Part shown: one piece after another, positions 1 through 7,580 of the stretch
Layout of the letters: each line of letters begins with the position of its first letter
Position numbering within the stretch: position 1 is the stretch's first letter
DNA from: Fibrobacterota bacterium
GTDB lineage: Bacteria > Fibrobacterota > Fibrobacteria > UBA11236
Assembly: GCA_043753995.1 (NCBI GenBank)
Contig: JAYUVP010000131.1
Span: 1-12,196, forward strand
DNA: 12,196 nucleotides
Direction of reading: 5' to 3'
Program-made: the position numbers and the translations under genes
Notes under the pieces: model-generated
What the model saw: only the letters and a program-made list of their open reading frames with translations
Database searches by the model: none
Told to the model about the DNA's origin: nothing

Positions 1-1445
1 AAATTGATAAGGGCCATGAATAAGCCTAAAGCCAATACACCCAGACCAATGGTGGAAATCTGATGGTGTATTTCGAATTCTGATAAGTAGTTGTAATAAC
101 GACGAGGGCTGCCCTGCGAGCCCATGACCAATTGAACGAAGAAGGTCAAATTGAAGCCGATGAATACGAGAATAGCCGCGGTCTTTCCCCAAAATTCGTC
201 ATACATCTTACCCGTCATTTTCGGCCACCAGTAGTGAATACCTCCGATAAAGGCCACCATGGTGGTTCCCATTGCGACATAGTGGAAGTGAGAAACAACG
301 AAATAGGTGTCATGCAAATGAATGTCCACCGAAAGAATGGCGAGAATAATGCCCGTAAGTCCACCTATGGTGAAATTGAAGAGTACGCTCAGACAATAAA
401 GCATGGGGGTTTTGAGCTCAATGGAACCTTTATACAAGGTGGTTGTCCAGTTAAACACCTTAATAGCGGAAGGAACGGCGGTGAAAAAGGTCAGGAAGCT
501 GAAAACAGTGTCGGCCACCTCACTCTGTCCGGCGACGAACATATGATGACCCCAAACCAGAAAGCCGATAATAGCGATAGCCAAGGAGGAAAAAGCGATA
601 AACTTGTATCCGAAAATATCGCGTCGGCTAAAGGTGGTTATCAATTCGCTGGTAATGCCAAAAGCGGGAACCACAATGATATAAACGGCAGGATGCGAGT
701 AAAACCAGAAAAAGTGCTGCATCAAAATGGGGTCACCGCCCAATTTTGGATCGAAAATACCGATGCCAAAAATGTTTTCCATGAGCAAAAGCAAAAGCGT
801 TATGGCAAGAACGGGCGTCGCAAAGATCTGCATGATGGCCGTGGAATAAAGTGACCACACAAAGAGAGGCAAACGATACCAGGTCATACCTGGGGCACGC
901 ATATTGTGAATGGTTACGATAAAGTTCAACCCGGTCAATATAGAGCTGAACCCCAGCACAAATGCAGCCGTCAGCATCCAGAGTACGGCGGAATTATGGG
1001 ATATCGAATAGGGGGCGTAAAAGGTCCAACCCGAATCCGCTTTTCCAACAAACAATGAAATCACTGCCAGCAAGGCGCCTGCCCAATACAGGTAAAGGCT
1101 GGTCATATTCAGTTTAGGGAAAGCCAAATCTTTAGCACCGATTTGCAAAGGCAAAAGGAAATTGCCTAAAGCTCCTGGTACGGCGGGTACAACAACCAAG
1201 AAGACCATGATCACCCCATGAAGGGTGAAAAACCGATTATAGGTATCGGAGGTGATGAAACCAGGATTGGGAGACCAAAGCTCAAGGCGGAATAGCCCGG
1301 CAAAGGTTCCACCCAAAACAAAAAAGAAGCATATCGAGGCCAAATACATGAGCCCGATTCGCTTATGGTCCACCGTTGCGAGCCAGGAGCCCAGCCCGCT
1401 GCGGACCTTCAAATAATTCACATTGTCATGAACATGGGCGATCAT
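1..1445 (-). CDS. coxA: Cytochrome c oxidase subunit I, A2-type heme-copper oxygen reductase (3' end runs off the window)
   Basis: Not in the ORF track (no stop in window). Hand translation from ATG at 1445 ([35 protein letters not shown]...) is open for 481 codons. All six metal-ligand His are present: TLHG (H76), WFYSHPAVY (H251), WGHHM (H300/H301), HFHY (H386/H388). Also [11 protein letters not shown] (D-channel D106), [23 protein letters not shown] (K-channel K329), LHDTY and PRR. SD-like AAGGGA upstream. Confidence 0.97.
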   Translation of the reverse strand, partial: MIAHVHDNVNYLKVRSGLGSWLATVDHKRIGLMYLASICFFFVLGGTFAGLFRLELWSPNPGFITSDTYNRFFTLHGVIMVFLVVVPAVPGALGNFLLPLQIGAKDLAFPKLNMTSLYLYWAGALLAVISLFVGKADSGWTFYAPYSISHNSAVLWMLTAAFVLGFSSILTGLNFIVTIHNMRAPGMTWYRLPLFVWSLYSTAIMQIFATPVLAITLLLLLMENIFGIGIFDPKLGGDPILMQHFFWFYSHPAVYIIVVPAFGITSELITTFSRRDIFGYKFIAFSSLAIAIIGFLVWGHHMFVAGQSEVADTVFSFLTFFTAVPSAIKVFNWTTTLYKGSIELKTPMLYCLSVLFNFTIGGLTGIILAILSVDIHLHDTYFVVSHFHYVAMGTTMVAFIGGIHYWWPKMTGKMYDEFWGKTAAILVFIGFNLTFFVQLVMGSQGSPRRYYNYLSEFEIHHQISTIGLGVLALGLFMALIN

Positions 1446-1473
1446 GTTTGCACCGTCCCTTGGTTGGCATTTC

Positions 1474-2424
1474 TCACTTGAGACTCTGTATGTAAGCGAT
1501 GATCGACTCTATTTCCTTGTCGCCGACACTTCCTTTATAGGGAGGCATCACATTCTGAAACCCAGCAACAACCTTGGCACCCGGTTCAAGAATGGACTCC
1601 CGAATGAAGTTTTCATCGACAAATACCGAAGAACCATCAGCTAATTTAACCTGGGTATTCCAAATGCCCTTCCAGGTCGGGCCGGTAGATGTGCCACCAT
1701 CTATGGTATGGCAAGCATTGCAACCACGCTTAGTCCAGAGTTCTTTTCCATATTCTGCGGGCGTCTTGCCCTTGCTGGGATCAGCCGATGCCGCCAGCCA
1801 GGTCGAAAACTCCTTAGAGTCGACGACTTTAACTGCTGACAACATATAGCTGTGATTTGTACCGCAATACTGAGTGCATTCCACCGGAAAAGTTCCCAGC
1901 TTGGTGGCTTGAAACCAAAGCGAATGGTAACGATTGGGAATTACGTCAGCCTTTTGACGGAAGGCTGGAATGAAGAAAGAGTGTATCACGTCCACGGAGG
2001 TCATCATCAGCTTTACGGGTTCATTCAAAGGCACGACCAGAGTATCCGTCACGAAACCCTGACCTTGAGGATATCGAAAGCTCCAGCTCCATTTTTGACC
2101 GGTAACATTGATGGTCATGGCATTGCTAGGCGCAATCCGCATTTTCAGATACCCCTGCATGCCAATGACGAAAAAGCCCATGACAAGGACCAAGGGAACT
2201 ACCGTCCAAAGCGTCTCCAAAACCGTGCTATGAGTCAATTGGCCGGAAGCCATTTGATCCGGACGTTTTCGCATATACTTTGCGACAAAAATCACAATCA
2301 AGGCCGTGATGAGCACGAAAAAGAATACCGACACCCAGTAAAATAGGTTGAAGGCCGGATCCACGAGGTCCGCGAATGTCGAGGCCCGCTCCGGGAGCCA
2401 AAAAGTCTTGGTCGTCGTTTCCAT
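1474..2424 (-). CDS. coxB: Cytochrome c oxidase subunit II with C-terminal cytochrome c domain (caa3-type)
   Basis: Two N-terminal TM helices (LETLWTVVP), [10 protein letters not shown] aromatic loop, DVIHSF, CuA motif [12 protein letters not shown], then a C-terminal CNACH heme motif with a distal Met (NVMPP). SD AAGGA just upstream of the ATG. Confidence 0.97.
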   Translation of the reverse strand: METTTKTFWLPERASTFADLVDPAFNLFYWVSVFFFVLITALIVIFVAKYMRKRPDQMASGQLTHSTVLETLWTVVPLVLVMGFFVIGMQGYLKMRIAPSNAMTINVTGQKWSWSFRYPQGQGFVTDTLVVPLNEPVKLMMTSVDVIHSFFIPAFRQKADVIPNRYHSLWFQATKLGTFPVECTQYCGTNHSYMLSAVKVVDSKEFSTWLAASADPSKGKTPAEYGKELWTKRGCNACHTIDGGTSTGPTWKGIWNTQVKLADGSSVFVDENFIRESILEPGAKVVAGFQNVMPPYKGSVGDKEIESIIAYIQSLK

Positions 2425-2437
2425 AAGTCCTTCTCGG

Positions 2438-3364
2438 TTAGGGCGCTTGCACGGGCATCGCTGCCGTGTTTTGCGTCACCCGGGGCAAAGGCGCCTTCCG
2501 TTTCAATTCTTTCCTCCAGAAATAACCCAGGAGGCCAGCCAGAGAGATTAAAACCACAAAGCCGCCACCGCGCATAAATTTCTTGGCGAAAAGCACATAA
2601 CCCTTTGCATTCGCATCATAGCGATAGCAAAAAGTAACGAAGCGATCGCCTAGGCTCATACTGCGACCCTTGGATGCGTCTAAAAGCGCTAGCCGAATAT
2701 CTAGGGGCTTATATTCGATGCCATACAAATAGCGCATGACCTTGCCCTGAGGTGAAACTGTGAAAATGCCAGCGGCATGGGCATATTCGTCTTGCTTGGC
2801 CTGATAGGAATAACGAAAGCCGACTTGATCGGCAACGCTGCGAATTGCCTTTTCGGTGCCGGTGAGAAAATGCCAGCCTTCGCCCGCCCCCGCTTTATCC
2901 AATTCTGCGATATGGGTAGCCTTTTTCGCACTGGCTTCTGCAGGCCCCTCCCGCGGATCGACACTGATAGTGAGGACCTCGTATTCCTTACCTGGAGTCC
3001 AAGGCAAGGCTTTCATGCCCTTGATCATTCCATTCAAAACCAGATTGCAAAGCATGGGGCAACCATAATAAGCGAAATTCAAAAGAACAGGCCGACCTGC
3101 TTGGAGATAGCTGCGCAAAGTCACCGAACGGCCATTTTCATCTTTAAATTCGGCATCGAGTGGCAATTGGGCGCCAAGGTTTTCATCAATGCCGACATTT
3201 TCCAATTCCGTAGGGAGAGCATTGGTACCACCACCACCCTCAGAAGTCAAATCCTTCACCGAAGACCCAGGATAACCCGCGGAAGGGAGGGCCTGAAGAG
3301 AGGAGGCAAATCCGAGCGCAACGACTAAAAAGACGCCAACCTGCGTCTTAAGTCTAAGGGCCAT
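2438..3364 (-). CDS. SCO1/SenC-family copper chaperone for CuA assembly (~308 aa)
   Basis: CPMLC (CxxxC) at 3047-3061, VLTISVDP and the distal His in YAHAAG fit a thioredoxin-fold Sco. Signal-peptide-like N-terminus and a C-terminal TM helix. Start moved from 3523 (which overlaps the upstream gene by 122 nt) to ATG 3364; TTG at 3391 is an alternative. Confidence 0.9.
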   Translation of the reverse strand: MALRLKTQVGVFLVVALGFASSLQALPSAGYPGSSVKDLTSEGGGGTNALPTELENVGIDENLGAQLPLDAEFKDENGRSVTLRSYLQAGRPVLLNFAYYGCPMLCNLVLNGMIKGMKALPWTPGKEYEVLTISVDPREGPAEASAKKATHIAELDKAGAGEGWHFLTGTEKAIRSVADQVGFRYSYQAKQDEYAHAAGIFTVSPQGKVMRYLYGIEYKPLDIRLALLDASKGRSMSLGDRFVTFCYRYDANAKGYVLFAKKFMRGGGFVVLISLAGLLGYFWRKELKRKAPLPRVTQNTAAMPVQAP

Positions 3365-3401
3365 TCGGCCAAATTGCGCTGACGTATTCAACAGAGTGTA
3401 C

Positions 3402-3764
3402 TCAGGGCTTGGTCTTGTTGGCGGTAGCTGAATTAGCTGGCTGGTTGTATTCGGCAACAACCTTTTCCATGGCCTGCTGGATGGGAATGCGAACTGTTCC
3501 GGCAGCCTTATCGACCCAGGCATAATTACCTAATAATTCCGCTTCATTTGCCCGAAAGGCACTCAAACTTGTATCAAGCAAAACCGCATGCTTCTGGATC
3601 ATTTCATCCGAGGCTGCGCCACGGAAGCCAAAAATGCAAACACCTACATAGACAAGTAAAATCACAATAGAAGCCGGAATCACCCACATCAAGTTGGTGA
3701 ATTTAAAGTCCTGGCTTTCATGGCCACCTTGGCCGTGACCATCATGCGCCGAGCTTGAACTCAT
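3402..3764 (-). CDS. actG: Alternative complex III small single-TM subunit, ActG-like (120 aa)
   Basis: Directly after actF. GHE..D N-terminus, one TM helix, C-terminal YAWVDKAAGTVRIPIQQAM resembling the motif in the small gene following actF in ACIII operons. ATG at 3764 overlaps the actF stop (TGATG) with GGAG upstream; the track used GTG 3767. Confidence 0.72.
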   Translation of the reverse strand: MSSSSAHDGHGQGGHESQDFKFTNLMWVIPASIVILLVYVGVCIFGFRGAASDEMIQKHAVLLDTSLSAFRANEAELLGNYAWVDKAAGTVRIPIQQAMEKVVAEYNQPANSATANKTKP

Positions 3765-4957
3765 CACACAACTCCATTGTCATAGGAAAGGCATTCCGGC
3801 AAGCGTGGATCGCCTGAGGGTATGAGATTGACACTCTTTAAGCGCTTTACAAACAGGAAGAGGATGAAGCCTCCCATACCGGCAATGGCGCTGATATCGC
3901 TGAGCCCGAAATGGGCACCCGTTCTGTAAAAATTAGGTTGGATTAGCCAATAAACGTCGATATAGCACATGACTAAGAGCCAAAAGGAAGCGAAAACCAA
4001 CAGAGGAATTTTGCGCTTGATATTGTGGGACATCAAGAAAAGGAACGGGATAGCAAAATGGCACCAAGGAAGCAGCAAGCTAACGGTTTTCCAAGAGCCT
4101 TCACCACGCAAATGGAAAAATCCGGTTTCTTCTGGAATATTGGCATACCAAATCAACATGAACTGGCTAAAGCCGATATAGGTCCAAAACACATTTTGAC
4201 CGAATAGCATCTTGCCGGCATCATGGAAGTGCTCGACATTGATGAAGTCTTTGACGCCTTTTCCGGTGCGCGCCCAGGCGGCCATAATGATTAGGAAGCA
4301 ATACGAGGCAACTACGGCACCGGCGAAGTAATAAACTCCGAACATGGTTGAAAACCAATGCGCGTCAAGACCCATTATCCAATCGAAGGCCCAAAAGGTT
4401 TGTGTAAAACCAAATACAGCCAATCCAAGGCATGACCACTTGCCAAGCTTCAAGGTGATAGAAGGATCTTTGGACGTGTCTTGTTTCACCGAGGTTTGAA
4501 AGAGCCAGCGGGACAATAAGAACCAAGAACCGAAGTAAATCACCTGTCGAATAATGAAAAAGGGCTGATTCAAATAACCCGTTTTGAGATGAATCAAATG
4601 ATCCTGGGCGGAGACAGCAGGATCCCACCAATGGAGCAAAACCGGGATGCCTAGGAAAACTGGAATGGAAAAAACCGCCATCCATTGCAAATTCGCTGCG
4701 GATGCCTCGGAGATGCGACGCAAGGTGACGCTCCAGGAGGAGCGAGCCACATGCTGCACCATCACGAAAAACACCGCACCTAAACTCAATGCCAAGAAAA
4801 AGCTGAAAGCGGTCAGATAGGAAGCAAAAAAGCCCACCTTATCCATGAAATAGCTGGCAATGCAGCCGACGGCGCCAACAACACCGATTCCCAAGAAGAT
4901 TTTCTCGGAACCGGCTAGGCTGCCAGTCAGACGCAGGGTGTCCTGTCCATTGGCCAT
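3764..4957 (-). CDS. actF: Alternative complex III membrane subunit ActF (ActC paralog)
   Basis: 397 aa, about 10 hydrophobic segments, motifs WSVTLRRISEA, YLNQPFFIIR, DWIMGLDAHWFSTMFG, FWTYIGFSQFMLIWYANIPEET; position after actE. Confidence 0.92.
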   Translation of the reverse strand: MANGQDTLRLTGSLAGSEKIFLGIGVVGAVGCIASYFMDKVGFFASYLTAFSFFLALSLGAVFFVMVQHVARSSWSVTLRRISEASAANLQWMAVFSIPVFLGIPVLLHWWDPAVSAQDHLIHLKTGYLNQPFFIIRQVIYFGSWFLLSRWLFQTSVKQDTSKDPSITLKLGKWSCLGLAVFGFTQTFWAFDWIMGLDAHWFSTMFGVYYFAGAVVASYCFLIIMAAWARTGKGVKDFINVEHFHDAGKMLFGQNVFWTYIGFSQFMLIWYANIPEETGFFHLRGEGSWKTVSLLLPWCHFAIPFLFLMSHNIKRKIPLLVFASFWLLVMCYIDVYWLIQPNFYRTGAHFGLSDISAIAGMGGFILFLFVKRLKSVNLIPSGDPRLPECLSYDNGVV

Positions 4958-4964
4958 GTCTTGA

Positions 4965-5579
4965 TTACCTCAGGTTTCCGCGTTGGCTCTCGGGTACATC
5001 TTGCTGAGTCGCGGTCATGCTACGCTGCAATGCGCGGACATAGGCCACAATGGCCCAACGATCCGCTTCAGGGATTTGCTTTCCATAGCTAGGCATATTG
5101 CGAATGCCATTGGAAATTGCTCGATACAAATAGCCATCCGACACGGCTAGCAAGCGGGGATCGCCGAAATTGGGCGGAGGCAAAAAGCCCTTCTTGATCA
5201 CGATACCGTCACCGATTCCGGTTTGACCGTGACAAGGCGCGCAATAAATCTTGAATCTCTCCTGTCCGCGCTCCATGATTTCCGCGGTGACCTGAAAGGG
5301 TATTTTTGCCAAGGCCTCACCAGTATCAGGACCACCACGCCAATAGGCATCGTCTTCTTTCAATAGGCCACGGGCTACCGTACCTACCGGAGGGGTGCGC
5401 ATATTGCGGCCATCGGCATAGAAGGAATTTTCTTCGTAAGCATTCAAACGCGGTTGATATTCCATGCCATGCTTGATGAATAGTGGCGGTTTATCGGAAA
5501 TTTGGCCGCGGCAGCCGAATAGGCCGGCCAGGGCCATTAGAATAGCGAAAGTAAGGTATTTACGGCGAAGAGGGAACAA
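4965..5579 (-). CDS. actE: Alternative complex III monoheme cytochrome c lipoprotein ActE (~204 aa)
   Basis: Single CAPCH with distal Met (RNMPSY), MEYQPR...FYADGRNMRTPPVGTVARG and DRWAIVAYVRALQ. Start re-placed at TTG 5579, 4 nt after the actD stop with GGAGGA upstream, giving signal peptide MFPLRRKYLTFAILMALAGLFG-C23 (lipobox). Confidence 0.92.
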   Translation of the reverse strand: MFPLRRKYLTFAILMALAGLFGCRGQISDKPPLFIKHGMEYQPRLNAYEENSFYADGRNMRTPPVGTVARGLLKEDDAYWRGGPDTGEALAKIPFQVTAEIMERGQERFKIYCAPCHGQTGIGDGIVIKKGFLPPPNFGDPRLLAVSDGYLYRAISNGIRNMPSYGKQIPEADRWAIVAYVRALQRSMTATQQDVPESQRGNLR

Positions 5580-5583
5580 GGTA

Positions 5584-6138
5584 TCAGTCCTCCAGCACTT
5601 CGATGTTGCGGCCACCGATGGATTCCAAGAAGCGACGAGCCTCGTCAAGATTGAACTTGGGATCCTTAGCCTCAATGCCGATAAAGAAGCCGTTATCGGT
5701 CACTTTTTTGAAATTATTGCTCTTGAAAAGGGCATGGTACCAACGTGGTAAACCGTTCAGGATAAGCATTCCGAAAATGCACCCAAAACCTGTGAACAAA
5801 ATTCCAGGCTCAAAGGTCACAGGAACAAAGGCGGGATAACTGTTCAAGGGCTTGCCGCCGATGAGAACAGGATAGGCATAGTTCGCAACCCAATATTGCA
5901 TACCGAAGCCACCACAAGCGCCAGCCGTGGCCATAAAAAAGGCAATCCATCCAAGACGAGAGTCGCCTATTCCCATGGCACGTTCAATACCGTGAATAGG
6001 ATAGGGCGAATAAACGTCCCACTTTTTGAAACCACGGTCACGCACCTTTTCCGCTGCGTGCGTCACGTCGGCGGGACTGGCGAATTCGGCCAGCACACCG
6101 AAAATCTTGGATTTTTTTGCTGCCTTAGCGTGTTCCAT
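5584..6138 (-). CDS. actD: Alternative complex III subunit ActD (DUF3341)
   Basis: 184 aa, DVYSPYPIHG, IGGKP..S.PAFVPVTFE, two TM helices, NGLPRWYH; GAGGA SD; position after actC. Confidence 0.94.
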   Translation of the reverse strand: MEHAKAAKKSKIFGVLAEFASPADVTHAAEKVRDRGFKKWDVYSPYPIHGIERAMGIGDSRLGWIAFFMATAGACGGFGMQYWVANYAYPVLIGGKPLNSYPAFVPVTFEPGILFTGFGCIFGMLILNGLPRWYHALFKSNNFKKVTDNGFFIGIEAKDPKFNLDEARRFLESIGGRNIEVLED

Positions 6139-6147
6139 GACGATTCC

Positions 6148-7548
6148 TCAGTGGTGCGCGCCGGAACCGGTGCTGGCGCCATGGCCATGGTGATGGGGAT
6201 TGGCTTCGGGCATGACACCCTTCACCTCGGCAATGGCCAACTGTGGTAGGTATTTCATGAAGAGAAGGAAGAAAGTACCGAAGAGGCCAAAGGTTCCGAT
6301 ATAGGTGCAAATATCCACCCAGGTCGGCCGATAATAGCCCCAAGAGCTTGGCAAGAAGTCGGCATGCAAGGTAATGACAATGACGAACCGTTCAAACCAC
6401 ATGCCGATATTGATGAAAATACAGATGATGAAGGTCAGCCAAAGGCTGCGGCGAATCTTTCGGAACCAGAAAAGCTGGGGTGAAATCACATTGCAAGTAA
6501 TCATGATGAAGTATGCCCACCAGAACTCACCCAATGCGCGATTCCAAAAAGCGTATCGCTCATAAATGTTACCGCTATACCAGGCGATGAAAAGCTCCAT
6601 GCCATAGGCATAGCCCACCAAGGAACCGGTAAGAAGCATGAATTTGTTCATGTTCTCGATATGATGGAGGCGAACGACTTTTTTCAGTCCAAACACTTCG
6701 CGAGCAATGATGAGAAGGTTGGCAACCAAGGCAAAGCCAGAAAACACGGCGCCAGCAACGAAATAAGGCGGGAAAATCGTGGTATGCCAGCCCGGCACGC
6801 GTGAAGTGGCAAAGTCGAAAGACACGATGGAGTGAACCGAGAGCACCAAGGGCGTTGATATGGCGGCCAAAATCAAATAGGCGCGCTCATAATTCTGCCA
6901 GTGGCGTGAAGCGCCACGCCATCCGAGAGCAAAGAGCCCATAGGTGAATTGTCGAATTTTGGTCTTCGAACGGTCGCGCAAGGTGGCCAAGTCCGGAATA
7001 AGGCCCATATACCAGAAAAGCAAGGAAATCGTGAAATAGGTCGAGATGGCGAAAACGTCCCAGAACAATGGCGACCGGGGATTTGGCCAAGCCGACATTT
7101 GATTCGGAAGCGGGAAGATATAGTAGACCACCCAAATACGACCGACGTGAAAGGCCGGAAAAACACCGGCGCACATCACCGCAAATATGGTCATGGCTTC
7201 TGCAAAGCGATTAATGGCTGTTCGCCATTTTTGACGGAAAAGGAAAAGAATGGCGGAAATCAGAGTACCCGCATGGCCGATACCGATCCACCAAACGAAA
7301 TTCACAATGGCCCAGCCCCAGGCGACGGGCATACTGACACCCCAGACGCCAGTACCTTCCCAGAATAAATAGCCGAACATGGCGACCATTAAACTGAGCA
7401 GGGAGAGACTCAGTAACATTAAAATGACCCAAGTCGAATTCCATTTGCTCTCGGTTGGCGAGGCAATGATATTGGTGACCTCATGGAAATCACCGGTCTC
7501 GACCAGTACAGGTCTTAACCGGGGATCGTCATCTCGGAGAAATTCCAT
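6148..7548 (-). CDS. actC: Alternative complex III quinol-oxidising membrane subunit ActC (NrfD/PsrC family)
   Basis: 466 aa, [86 protein letters not shown]. Confidence 0.97.
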   Translation of the reverse strand: MEFLRDDDPRLRPVLVETGDFHEVTNIIASPTESKWNSTWVILMLLSLSLLSLMVAMFGYLFWEGTGVWGVSMPVAWGWAIVNFVWWIGIGHAGTLISAILFLFRQKWRTAINRFAEAMTIFAVMCAGVFPAFHVGRIWVVYYIFPLPNQMSAWPNPRSPLFWDVFAISTYFTISLLFWYMGLIPDLATLRDRSKTKIRQFTYGLFALGWRGASRHWQNYERAYLILAAISTPLVLSVHSIVSFDFATSRVPGWHTTIFPPYFVAGAVFSGFALVANLLIIAREVFGLKKVVRLHHIENMNKFMLLTGSLVGYAYGMELFIAWYSGNIYERYAFWNRALGEFWWAYFIMITCNVISPQLFWFRKIRRSLWLTFIICIFINIGMWFERFVIVITLHADFLPSSWGYYRPTWVDICTYIGTFGLFGTFFLLFMKYLPQLAIAEVKGVMPEANPHHHGHGASTGSGAHH

Positions 7549-7580
7549 AGGTTTTCAGCCTCGCGTAACTAAGGTGACGT

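Noticed and set aside
132..854. 240-aa plus-strand ORF
   Set aside because: Antisense shadow of coxA. Hydrophobic membrane-protein codons give long, polar, stop-poor reverse frames; no domain recognised.
3365..3523. 53-aa N-terminal extension of Sco in the ORF track
   Set aside because: Overlaps actG and would bury the signal peptide; a longest-ORF artefact (a start at TTG 3391 remains possible).
5580..5675. 32-aa N-terminal extension of ActE, or an ActD-ActE fusion
   Set aside because: Different frame from actD, which has its own stop; TTG 5579 with an SD gives a clean lipoprotein signal.
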